Positions 25,678-37,100 of a DNA stretch of 64,000 nt are shown here, one piece after another. Numbering within the stretch: position 1 is the first letter of the stretch; each line of letters begins with the position of its first letter. Under the pieces are notes generated by a model, which did not search any database, was not told the origin of the DNA, and saw nothing but the letters and a program-made list of their open reading frames with translations. Made by a program: the position numbers and the translations under genes. Location: positions 457,309 through 521,308 of the forward strand of contig CAJINV010000015.1 of assembly GCA_905178155.1 (NCBI GenBank), written 5' to 3'. Origin of the DNA: Amoebophrya sp. A120. Its lineage: Eukaryota > Protista > Dinoflagellata.

Positions 25678-28600
25678 CTAACTTATAAACATTTCATCGT
25701 CCTGCAGGTCGATTTCCTGTAGCCCGAAACCAACTGTAGCAAGCTCTAGAGACGGTTCTCCCAGCCCTGCTCCGGTGGCAACCGAGCCGAGCTGCAGAAC
25801 CGAGTTCAAGTACGGGCGCATCAGGTCCAGGAAGGGCTTGGAGCGCTCGGCCCATGACGGCGTTTCATTGTTCCCGGCTGCTGCCCCCGGTGTCGCACTC
25901 CCACCGGAAAATGTTATCTCCTCTGCACCATCTTCGATGGGAACGAATTTCAGTGTGGAAATCAAGTCCAGGCCCCGCCACAGGAGAAAGTGCAAATACC
26001 GGTCGGCCTCCTGCTCCTGCGCAGGATCCTCTGCGACTTCTTGTTGTGTGGGTGATGTGCGGCGTCGTGCCATGGGCAGCTCGTCCGGAGTTGTACTAGA
26101 ACTCCCTTGCTTGTTTCCCGTTGCAGAAAGCCTCTTGTTAGTATCCAGTACATGAAACCACACACGCCACAGGCCGTTGGACAACTTCTCCGCAATGGCC
26201 GCGTCCGCGGACGGAGCATGATCGTGTGGTGAAAATAGATCGTCTTGACCAACATCACTTCCGGTGGTTGGAGGCCTGCCCGCAAGTGCAGTGGTTCCTC
26301 CCCTGGACGACCGGCGGTCTCCGGCTTGGGACGAGCGCGACCTAGCACTAGTGGAAGCGGCTCCGCGACTGCGAGACCGCGAGCAGCTGCGAAAACCCGC
26401 TTGGAGTTGGACCATCTCGCTCAGCATCATTATTTCTCGTTCGCGGCGCGTTAGTCGCTGTGTTCGAGGAGCTGCGGCTTCAGCGCTAGTGGACGATAGG
26501 AGTTGCTCGTCGCTACTTTCAGCACTTCTTCGCCTGCGAGTACAGCATAGGATTCTTCTAAAGCCTGCGGGCACAGCACTTCTTCGCCTGCGAGTCGGAG
26601 GCTCTTCGAGATCACGACTTTTCGGCAGCAAGCGCCGTGCTTTCGGTGGTCGCGAATCTTCGGCCGCGACAAGCCTTTGGAAGATCTGCTGAACTGGGGC
26701 CTGGAAGAGACTATTGGCAGGAGCCTGGTCGTGTCGAGCAGCTCCAGCCTGCTGCCCCTTCTTCGGGCTGCCGAAGCTGGCTTGGCCTCCACTGCTGCCT
26801 TGTTCTGCCAACCGTCCTCCAAACGGACCTACAGATGCTGCCACGTCGCCTGCGGGAGGACCCTTCTTAGTGGCCGTCTCCCGGCGACCCGCAGCCGAAG
26901 AAGAGGCAACAGAAGGAGCATCACGCTCAAGCCGGAGGTGTTCGACAGGTTTGCACAGCTCCTGCTGTAGGCGCTTGATGTGGCTGGCCAATCTTTCAGT
27001 TTCTATTTCTTTTCGAAGAAACGTTCTGTCGTCCAACATTTGACTTTCTTTTCGACGAAGCTCTTCTATTCGACGAAGCTGCTCCGCTTCGCCTGTAGCG
27101 GGAGGACCCTTGTTAGTGGCCGCCCCACCCGCAGCCGAAGAAGAGGCAACAGAAGGAGCAAGCCGGAGGCGTTCTTCAGCTTCGCCCACCTTCGCATACA
27201 TGTTTTTCATGGCCTCCTGCTCCTGTTGGCGCTTGATGCGGCTGCGACGACACTCTAGCTCTAGGTGTTCTGCCTCCTGCAGGGCCTCCGCTTGACGCTT
27301 GATGTGTAGTCTGGCCAAGCTTTCACTATCTCTTTCTTTCAGAAGAAATCGAAGGCGTTGACCCTCCTGCCGAGGCTTTTCGGTGTCCGTGTCGGCCAAG
27401 CTTTCCGTTATGAGGCGTGTGACCCTGCCGAAGCTTTCTGCTATACGACGACGACGCTGTTCCCATGCGATGTCGCTTGATGCCTCTTCGCCTGCGGGAG
27501 AACCCTTGTTAGCGGCCGCCCCACCCGCAGCCGAAGAAGAGGCAACAGAAGGAGCATCAAGCGACATCCCGAATTCATCCATGACCTGACGTATGGCTGC
27601 CTCCTTCACGGCCTCCGGGACACGGTGCCTGAGGATGGCCAAGCTTTCACTGTCTTTTCGACGATTCGCCTCCTCCATGAGCTCCTTGTATTTAATGGCC
27701 TCCCGCATCATGGCCTCCTCCAGGGAATGCAGCACTTCGTCCATCATGTCCTCCGGTTGGCGCTTGAACTGGCTTGCCAATCTTTCTGATCTTTCTGTAA
27801 GAAAATCTAGCTCACTTGCTGAAAGTCCAAGGCGGCTCTCCACCTTCTTCCAAAGCTCTTCGAAGTCGATGCGACTTTTTCGCCTCTTTTCGGTGGCCAA
27901 TTCGCGATGAAACGCTTCTCTTCGAAGCTCTTCTTCTCTTCGACGTTCATCAGCCTCCGCTGCTCGTCGTGCAGCCTCCGCTTCTCGTCGTGCAGCCTCC
28001 GTGGCCCGCCGTGCACCACTTGCATCTTCCACGTACGGGGCCGAGTGCGCCTCGTGCGCGCCGTGATGCGCTCTTGGATCGCCACGGGTACCCTCCGTGT
28101 ACGACATTGCCTCGCGGCCCGTGGTCATGTTGATTTGTGGCACCGCGCCCAAAACGGCGGGAGGGGCGCCGGTGCGGCTAACGCGAATCGGGATCCTTGC
28201 CGAGAGCGGGGTACGGGGCGCGCACAGCGACGGGCACCAGGCTGCCACCTCTTGCCAAGCTTTTTCCTGGCGTGAGCTGAAAAGCAGGTGTCCGTGGCAC
28301 ACAACGCACTCGCCTCGGTGCCCCCACTGCAAATACTGCGCGACCCGGGGCTTCAACACGGCTGGGCCTGGCTTCTCGAGGAAAACGGCCTGCTCGAGGG
28401 GCATTCTGTTTCCACGCAGAACTTCCGACTTGAAAATCGTCCTAGTTTCAGTGCCGTCTTCCTCTTCTTTCCCGTTATCTTTCCTCTTGTACAGAGCAAA
28501 ACGGCAGCTCGCATTTCTCGGCGCTTCTTTCTCGAACTCTTCCATTCCACCGCGGAACTCTAGCCCGGCACTGCCATCCTGGACTTGTTCTGGGTCATCT

Positions 28601-31600
28601 TCATAAGGGCGGTCGCGGCTCCCCCTGCTACGAATCCTGCTGGTGCTGGGGGTTGTGCAAGATGTAGTTGACTTCGCTTCCAAATATGCTCGGTAAAGGC
28701 CTTCGTAGCCTATGTTGCCAATTTGGAATACTCCGCGCGAACGAAAATTGTCTGCGGCTTCTCCCCAATACACGGGGAAGGAGGGATCGATGCTCTCCTG
28801 TATTTTGGAATTTCTTGTCTCTCCACGCTGGCCCTCTGATTGAATACCCAAACCGAGGCTGATGGTTAGCACTCTGCTCCTGTCATACCGCCCTCGTTTG
28901 CAAAAATCTCTTGCCTGTTTGCACGAAGTCCGCACGCCGTTATCACCAACTTCAGGCGGCCGGCCCCAGTACCGCAAAAACCCCGCGATACACTGCTCTT
29001 CTACGGTGAGTGCGTTGCGCACCACTTCTCCGGGGCTGATAAAGTCGGTGAGCATGACTCTGTTCCTTAGCATTACCCTTGCCTTCCCGTTGCTCCTCAG
29101 GCTATGGCTACCGCTAGTACCGCTTAAAGACGATACAATACCGGATATCGGAAAAAGCCGCGTTGTGATGAGTCGCAGGCACTCGCGGTCGTAGTTGTCC
29201 TGCGAATCTTCGTCATCGCTGTGGTGCCTGGAGGTGGTGGCGAAAGGGAACATGTCCGCAATTACTGTTTGTCTTTCATTTTCGTATCAAGCTTGAATAT
29301 GTCCTCTGGCTCTGGAAAGAATATGCAGATACTTTGACTTGCCATGCTGTTCTTGAATCTACTGCCACAAGGTTTGGAATGCACACAGTGGCCCACATAC
29401 TTACGATTTGTTAACGAGGGGCTCTGCCGGGAATTCCGCGTGCCCAGCCTGCATGAAGGACGAGGATGCCCTCTCCACCTACAGACGTGAGCTGCGCGTT
29501 TTCTGTGGACCATGGTTTTCTGTACACCATGCAAGACAGAATTTGAATTGTGATGCCTTTGCCTGTATCCTGTGCAAAAGTATCGCACTCGTAGTAATTG
29601 CTATCATGCATGAAAAACATCCCTTGTATTTAGGTAAATCAGCATTACAAATTCCATTTTTCTTCTTGAAAAAATTTGCAATTTATACTAGTACGATACT
29701 TTTGCAATGCATAGCCTGTTACAAAATGTTGCGCATGAGAAGTCTACTGCATCCTTCCAGAACCGGACAGATTTGTATATACATACCTCGAAAGACTCTT
29801 GGCTGATGTCCAATACAGCTACCGGCTCACCATCGTGAGATGAAATAGAGGATCTTGATGATATGAGAGCGCACAAGGAATTCCCTCTCCCGGCGCTTAT
29901 CTGTATAGCATGGACAGCAATTATCATTATGCAAACACCAGCACGCGTGGAGCGTGTGCACGACAAGTTCTTCATGCGTCAACTGCAGAGCTGAGATTGG
30001 CCTTGTTCATGTTCTGGAGCAATCAGAGTGTGATATCTAATCGCGACAAAAGGTGGAAACATCTGAAGAAATTACTTACAATGTTGCATATGGAAATGAG
30101 CGGGGGCAGGGGGAGTTCACTTGTGCACTCGCATACTACCAAAATCCAAATGGTCGGCGTATTTCCTGTCATAAACCTGGGGGTCTACCGCGAGATTTTT
30201 TAGCAAAACATCCACAACCCTTTCGGTCCAGAGGCGATGGAGAAGACGGCTCCAAGCAGGAGGTGCAGGCTCTTGGGCTTCAACTTCATCCCGCTCTAGC
30301 TGCGCATCCAGCATGATCCTCTCTACTACTTCGCCCCCCACCACTCTCTCTAGCGGCTCGCGGAAGGCTGCGTTCATGATTTTCAGAAGCGAAATGTTTC
30401 CATCGCCAGGAATAACACCACCTCTGCTCTTCATCTGCCGGACGCAGGTTTGCACAAGGTGAGGGAAGTTGTAGGCGTGATCTTCGCGGCTTTGGAGGTC
30501 CCCGGTCCTTTTCGTCGAGTTATCAAATGTAAAAATGTCTGGGTCTGGAAGAATGCAAGATTTGTGATGCAGGTTTTCCATGACCCATGAGGCCTGGCAT
30601 GCAGTACCTAGCATGAGAGATGCTGTGAGATGTCTATCATGCCTATCCTGCATGAGAAACTCCCTGTCAACCTGGTCAAAAGCGGACATCTTTTGGTAAT
30701 CATGCAACACAAATTTTTGCATGATCCAGACTCAGCACGACAAGTTCCAATCTTCCAGACCCAGACATTTTTGCAATTCATACGAATTTGGCTTTGACCA
30801 CCACTGATTCGACAGCGTGGAAAACCAAGGCCCCTGGGCTATCCTGTGCAAAAGTATCGCACTAGTAGTAATCGCAGTCATGCATTACAAGTCTCCTTCT
30901 TAAACCTAAATCCGCATTACAAATTCCATTTTCCATGCAGAGGGAATTTGTCATGCGATTTCTACTAGTACGATGCTTTTGCATTTCATATGGGCGAACC
31001 ACCGGCAAAACTTGTTTGTCAGGAAGGCAAAGTTCTGCGTTCCTTCCTCGCGGCTGTGTGGACCACGGCCCCTGCCTGCGCGGGGCCCGTTTGGATCTTC
31101 ATGATGAACGACGAGAGCGGGGGCAACATGTTGAGACAAACCGCGAAAAGTAGTAGAATAGGTCTCCAGTATCGTTCGTTTTGATGTCGCGCCGCCAGCA
31201 AAAAGGCTCTGTGCCCCGTGCACGGCCGCTTCGATACACGCGCGGACTGCGTCCCGCAGAGAAGGAGCAGCTCCTGCTGGTCGTGCGGCTGTCCTATGAA
31301 GATCTTGTCCGGCGGCAGCTTGATGTGCAGAAGCCGAATTATGCCGCAGATGTTGCCGGAGATGCGCCTCTCGCTCTCGGTACTGGTGAGCATGATCATC
31401 CCTAACAGTAGGGAACCAAACGGCAAGAAGCTCTTTTACCAGTCCTGTGAGTTGCGGGTTGGGAGATACGACTCGCTTGCTCCCAGGCATCGTATCCTTC
31501 TTGAAAAGTTCCGCGTAGTTTCGCCGTCGCGATGAATTATCAGCAGGAGGGTTGTTACCATCAATCTTAATATCGACGTAGCAGGTTTGCAAATAATCAT

Positions 31601-32798
31601 CACCCTCTATATCCGCTTTGACCATACACGCCACCTCAGCGACGTCCCGGAAAAGCAGCGATAATTCGAGCAGCTCTTCTGCACCAAGTTGTTCGGGTTC
31701 TTGTTGTGCTGGCGCAGTTGGTGGCGCACCCACTTCGATCCTGCTGGTTTCACGCAGAGACAGTCGTGCATCAGAACGAACTCCTGTTTTGCCCAAATTA
31801 CCCTCCTCCAGTAGCCCTAGGTAAGCATCTTCCCAAAGTGTCCGAATTTTGATCAGTTTCCTGTAGTCATGCCGGCTCAAATACTGCACGATTGTGGTAT
31901 GAATTGCAAAAGCACAACGACTATCGCACGTACCAGTCAAGTAATTAGAATTTTTACAATAGCTGTCTTGTAGAAGAAATTAGCCAAGCTGCGTGACGAA
32001 TTCGAAGGGAGCTGCTTGTGGTGCTGTTGATTATAGCATCTTGGGAAGGAGACTTGCAGCTTTTTGTGTCTTTATGCATGACTTTTGCGATATTAATTAC
32101 CATTAGTACGAGCACGATAGATAGTTTTGCACAGGTGGATATTTCTCCTCATCCGACGTTTTTGGCTGGGATGATTTTTTTGCCGATGACGAAGTTGTAA
32201 ACGAAGACGTCGATGGGGCCTGGGTCGTCGACGACGGCGTTCGCGGCATGAAGAGAGCAGATGATGCTACTTCTGCTGCCTTCCGCCGCGAGGATGTTGA
32301 GGAGGAAGCTGCTGCGCCGCCTGCTGACGAGGCAGCAGCTTTGGTTCTTCTTGCCAAAACTACTACTACACCGGGAGCGAGCACAAAACTTCCACGGTGC
32401 TGCTCGTGAAAGTAGCCGACTTCTTGGTGTTGAAAAATGGACAGCAGCGACTCCAGAAGTGCTACACTGGAGGTTAATAGCAGGAGCAGGAGAAAAATAC
32501 TGGCGCCGAAAGAGTTGTTGTCCACGCCTCCACCTAGAAATCCGCGACGGCGCGAGGGCAGTATCATCATAGACGGCGGACCACCAGCACCACCACGGCA
32601 GGAGTGGAACTTAAAAATATCCTTACCGTAGGACGTGGACGAGAAGTACCGCGTCGGCCGGAAAAATGAAGTTTCAGTTTGATGATCTTCCTCTGCTGCC
32701 TTCACATCATGGCACTTCTTGTCCGTCACGGCGGAAGTCAGACCCGAAAGTCGAAACCGACGACCGCGTTTCTCCCGCTCAACTCGAAAAGTATTCAT
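25678..32798 (-). CDS. Gene B: unknown protein of about 1900 aa with 5 non-canonical introns (one containing a nested element); paralog of gene A
   Basis: Removing 5 elements plus 5 bp each leaves 5700 nt in frame. Junction peptides match gene A (TSDEEKIVQYL/TSDLSVILKYL, WFAQGPWFS/WFAHGPWFS, ERQTVI/ERQEVI). Start codon is a best guess. Confidence 0.75.
26847..27560 (-). repeat. Three dispersed coding repeats (APSVASSSAAG..KGxPA) in gene B
   Basis: Unit of about 70 bp containing CCCGCAGCCGAAGAAGAGGCAACAGAAGGAGCA near 26890, 27130 and 27525. Confidence 0.8.
29285..29785. mobile_element. Aged family A introner hosting a nested element
   Basis: Decayed TIRs (TATCAAG..CTCTGGAAG / CTTCCAG..CATA); DR TTTCG/CCTCG; joins ESFE-DERQTVI. 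Confidence 0.75.
29566..29713. mobile_element. Introner family B nested in 29285-29785
   Basis: Intact TIRs; DR GCCTG. Confidence 0.9.
29898..30135. mobile_element. Degenerate family G-like introner
   Basis: Right end TTGTGCACTCGCATA resembles family G; no DR; +5 removal restores frame. Confidence 0.5.
30521..30782. mobile_element. Introner family A
   Basis: DR CGAGT/CGAAT; frame restored. Confidence 0.9.
30840..30990. mobile_element. Introner family B
   Basis: DR TGGGC; site is empty in gene A. Confidence 0.92.
31898..32141. mobile_element. Degenerate family B introner
   Basis: Decayed TIR, no DR; +5 removal gives TSDEEK-IVQYL. Confidence 0.65.
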
Positions 32799-33677
32799 TT
32801 TTGTCCGTCCAATAGTGCTTTTTGACTTCTGTCGAGAGAAAAAGGAAAAGTGTAGTATGTAAGTTGTGTTGTTGTGCTGCAATTGAAAAAATAAAACTAA
32901 AAGCAATAGCACAACGCCGCAGCACAACCTTCTGGTAGTCGTTGTGATAAAAATGCCCTTGAGGTTTAAAACGTCGCCCGAAATCGAACGTAATACTAGC
33001 CGTTCACAAAACAGAAAAATGTGGGAAATAAACGGAGATATTTTTTTTTTACTGTTCACGCCTGGGGATTGATACTTCGGATGTTGGTGATCAACGCGAC
33101 AATACATCAAGATTGAATCAAAAGCCCCAGTTTATTAATAATAAACTGGGGATTTTGAAGATGATAAGTAATAATTACTTTTTTATGGATCATAGTTTTC
33201 GTTTTGCAGTTTCTTGTCGAAGATAGAGCTAGAACATCAAGAACGGACCAACTTTCGTGAGATCCCCTTGAAAACAGATCTTCAAGAAGACCAAGACGAT
33301 TGTTGTTTGTACTACGGCATAGAACTCTGCAGGAACTTCTGCAGCTGAGTCTGCAACAGCAACGGACAAACATTGGACGTAACCAGGCTGAGCTCGTCAA
33401 AAAATAAAAGGAGGCTCGAGATCCGCCAGCCTCGGCTGCTATATTTTGCGCGAAAAGTCAAATGCACCTTCTCCTGTTTGAGGCGGGGCGCGGCAGGCCG
33501 CGGCGCCGCACAGCCCGCGCGTAAGACGGAAGGTAATTTTGCATCGATTTCTGCAAATTGCACAAAGCTTGCTTCTTTAGTTTCTGCGAAAAATCCGAAA
33601 AATGCACCGTCTCCTGTTCGAGGTGGGACGCGGCAGACCACGACGCCACACCGCCCGCACGTAAGACGAAACAAAGC

Positions 33678-33791
33678 TAATCGCAGTCATGCATTACAAA
33701 TTGCTTTCTTACTTTAGGTAAACCCGCAATTACAAATGTAATTTCTCATGTTGAGGAAATTTGTCATTCGATTTAAATATACTAGTACGAT
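33678..33791. mobile_element. Internal fragment of family B lacking termini (intergenic)
   Basis: Matches the family B core; TAT..ATA ends absent. Confidence 0.65.
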
Positions 33792-34146
33792 GGTTGCGGA
33801 GAGTGCGTTTATTTGAGACGATGTCGACGATGACAAACCACGAGCTTATAATATATTTTGGATGTTGTTCTACTTGTTCCTTTCGCTGACTACAACAAAC
33901 ACAAAGAAAAACAAACTTGCACCGTCCACATCAGAAAGAGGGACGCTGAAACATTGACCAGCGGCATGGCTCGTCGCACTACGGATCGTCTTTCTGGTAG
34001 AAATTGGGGAGCGACACCACCGAATCCGTTTTCTTGTTTCGCACGGTACAACTGCGCATCTACGTAAAATCCTGTAAAGAGACAGTTACTTCTGCAGCTT
34101 TCACCTCGTAGTTGGCCACGTCGTGATCATCCTCAGGAAAATAAAT

Positions 34147-37100
34147 TCAGCTCAAAAATATCTTTCGCACCATGTTCACAGAGAGCAAGATGGCGTGTTT
34201 CGGTTTACAGTCCACACAAAAGATCTTCCTCGGGTCGTAAAGCGATTGGTACCAGGCGGGTGATCTACTTGAAGATGAGCGTACTGAGGTAGAAGTTCTT
34301 GACGTGGTGCTAGTCGACGTGGAAGCTGCTGCGTCAGTGCAAGATGAACTTGCGTGATGAAGAAGATCTTCTGGCCTGCTCTGCAGTGACGTTCTTTCTG
34401 CGCCGGTGCTGGGGCAGCCGTAGGAACAAGATGCGTCTTTTGTTTCCTTCTTTTTGTTCTTCGAGTTTGACTGCTCCTGGGTTGATGTCATCTGTTTCGG
34501 CAAAAACTCGTTCCTTGCATTGTGTGTAGAAGTCCATCGCTTTCCGCATGCGTTGCAGCAGCGACTGATGTGATAGTGCGAATTCGACGCGGGCATCAGG
34601 TTTGATATCGCAGTCGATGTTGTCCTCCCACTTGGACCTAAATGGCCAGTAGACTTCCGATTTTTGCTACTACACGACGAAGACGAGAACGCGGGTAGAA
34701 GATGTCGCGTACCGAAGCCCCTCGTAGTTGAAGAAGATTCATCCGTACGTGTAGTTGAAACACCAGGACAACGACCTCTCAGCAAAGCAACACTCATACG
34801 GGCAGGGCGACGGGTGGAAGAAGTTGTGTCAAAACGGTTAATATAGGGGTGTACGTTGATCATGTGCTGCGAGCACGAAGATGATGAGGTCGAAGTTGAG
34901 GAAGTACAAGCGGAAGGACCACAGGGACGTCGAGCTGCGTTGCCCACCAGGAGAACTTTGTCATCCATCAAGTTCGGTTCGAACGGCCGCTTCGCAAACC
35001 AGGGCAGTGATTTCACCCCACTAGGATCGTTCATCTTCTTTCCAGACAGGTGTGCTGGGTCCTGGTCCGGCCTTGTTCTATTCGACAGCAGGTGTTGCTG
35101 AGGCTATGGAGAGAAAAAAGTTTGTCACAGTCACCAACTTGCAGGTTTTGCATTACAAATTTTCTCAGCATCAAAAACTTTCCTTGTATTGCAGAAACAC
35201 TAGGGAAATCCCTGATGAAGTTTGGCTGTGATGCATTTTTACGCATGGCAAACAATTTTGTATTGCAAGAATGCGCATGAGTGATCGTGACGAACTTTTT
35301 TTCTTTGATAGAGGCGGACCTGGTGCTACTGACTCGGCCGCGCGCTGGTCATAATTTTCTGTTCTTGCCACATTTACTCTGCTACGCGACAACGTAGTGC
35401 GGCGCTTTTTGCTGGCATGAGCATCATCAAAGTCATCTTCCTGCTCAGCTCCTTCATCATCCTCGGGCGTTCCTCCGTTGAAATAAGTGCAACCCTCTCC
35501 CCCAGCGCCAGTTCTGTCTGCGGCGCAGTTTTATCGTGGGGAAAAATCCCCCCTCCCCATATCGACAAGGTACGTCGCAGAAAATTTGCAATGCTGATTT
35601 GCGACCACAAATCACGTCTGTCTTGCAAGAAGGCAATTCCACAGGCTTCGCCGTATTACGCAGGCGGTTTGTGATGCTGTTGGGCCTACAGCGCAGACGT
35701 TTCTCATGCTAAGTGCCTAGGCCAAAACCTCTGTATTCAGGCTTGCTGTGGGCCTGCAGTCCTCTCCAGCAAGACAAATCTGATTTGTGTACGCAGATCA
35801 AGCATCACAGACTTCGTTTCGATATGGGGAGGGGGGATTTTTCATTTTGATAAGTTTTTCATGTTCCCTTGAAGATGCTGCGACGTACTTCTACTTTTAG
35901 AAGAAGAGGAGCAGGAGGACGAACTGCCCTTACCTGCAGGAGCGCATGTTGACATCCGCTTGTTTAATGTTCTTCGCGACAGAGAAGTAGAAGGTCTCTT
36001 GTAGTTCTTCTTCGCTGCAAGAGGAGGTCCTACAACTACCCTCGTCCCGCCGAAAGACGAACTCGAACTGGAACTGCTGACGTGTTGGCTCCTTCCAACC
36101 TATCAAATGCAAAAGTGTCTGGGTCTGGAAGATTCTGAGACTTGTCATGGATGCTTTGTATGACCCAGAATGTCTGTAATGCACGACCTAGCATCACAGA
36201 TTTTTAGAGGGCTTCCTGATGCCTATTCCGCATTACAAATGCCCTTTCCACGTAGGGGTAGCACAGTCTGGGCTCCTCTTCCTGGTCATGCAATACAGAT
36301 TTTTTTAGAGTCCAAAGATAGCATGACAAGTTTGGATCCTTTCAGACCCAGACATTTTTACATTTGATACAACCGGGACGGGGACCACGGAAGAGGAAGG
36401 TCGCCTGCAACGTGTTAAAGGCGGTATCGGCGGAGGCGGTGCAGCGTGCATGACAGTCGGCACCGCTTGCCCACTGGAACTACCTGTCGCAGTTGTCCAG
36501 AGCTTACGCAGTTTGGGGTCAACGACTATGGGAGTGTCAGGATTGAAATCGTCAAAGTTGAAATAGTTTGTTATGCATAAAATGCAACGCAGAAAATGCC
36601 TGTCTTGCAGAGTAGGCAAGGGAGGCAGATTGTAAGCCTGTTTCGGGGTAGAAGTAGAGCTGCTAAAGTAGCATGACAAAAGGCGTCTTCCTTACCCAAC
36701 CAGCATTACAAACTGGATTTCGGCTCTACTCAAATTTGTCATGCGCCGCTTAGAAATAGGGCTTCCATTTGGTATCGATATTATGCATTACAAGTTATTT
36801 CAACTTTGTCGATTTCAAACCTGACGCTTCCATAACGACACCGCTCTTCATATTGGAAGTCGTGGACGACGACGAGTTCGTGTTTGAGGCGATGTGAGCA
36901 TCCTCTTTGATGGAAGAGGGCGAAGTTGATGAGGTTAAATCTACTTCACCCTGTTCTTGCAGCATGCAATGTAAATTTCCCGTACATGTACAAAATGCAT
37001 GACAAATTTCGCTAACTTGCAGTGTCTAACTTGTCATGCTAGACTAGGACGGAAGGCAAGTTTTGTCATGCAGAGACTGCATTTGTACGTGTACGGGAAA

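Noticed and set aside
26097-29194. Plus-strand ORFs overlapping gene B (and similar ones over A, C, D, E)
   Set aside because: They are antisense shadows of GC-rich minus-strand coding sequence.
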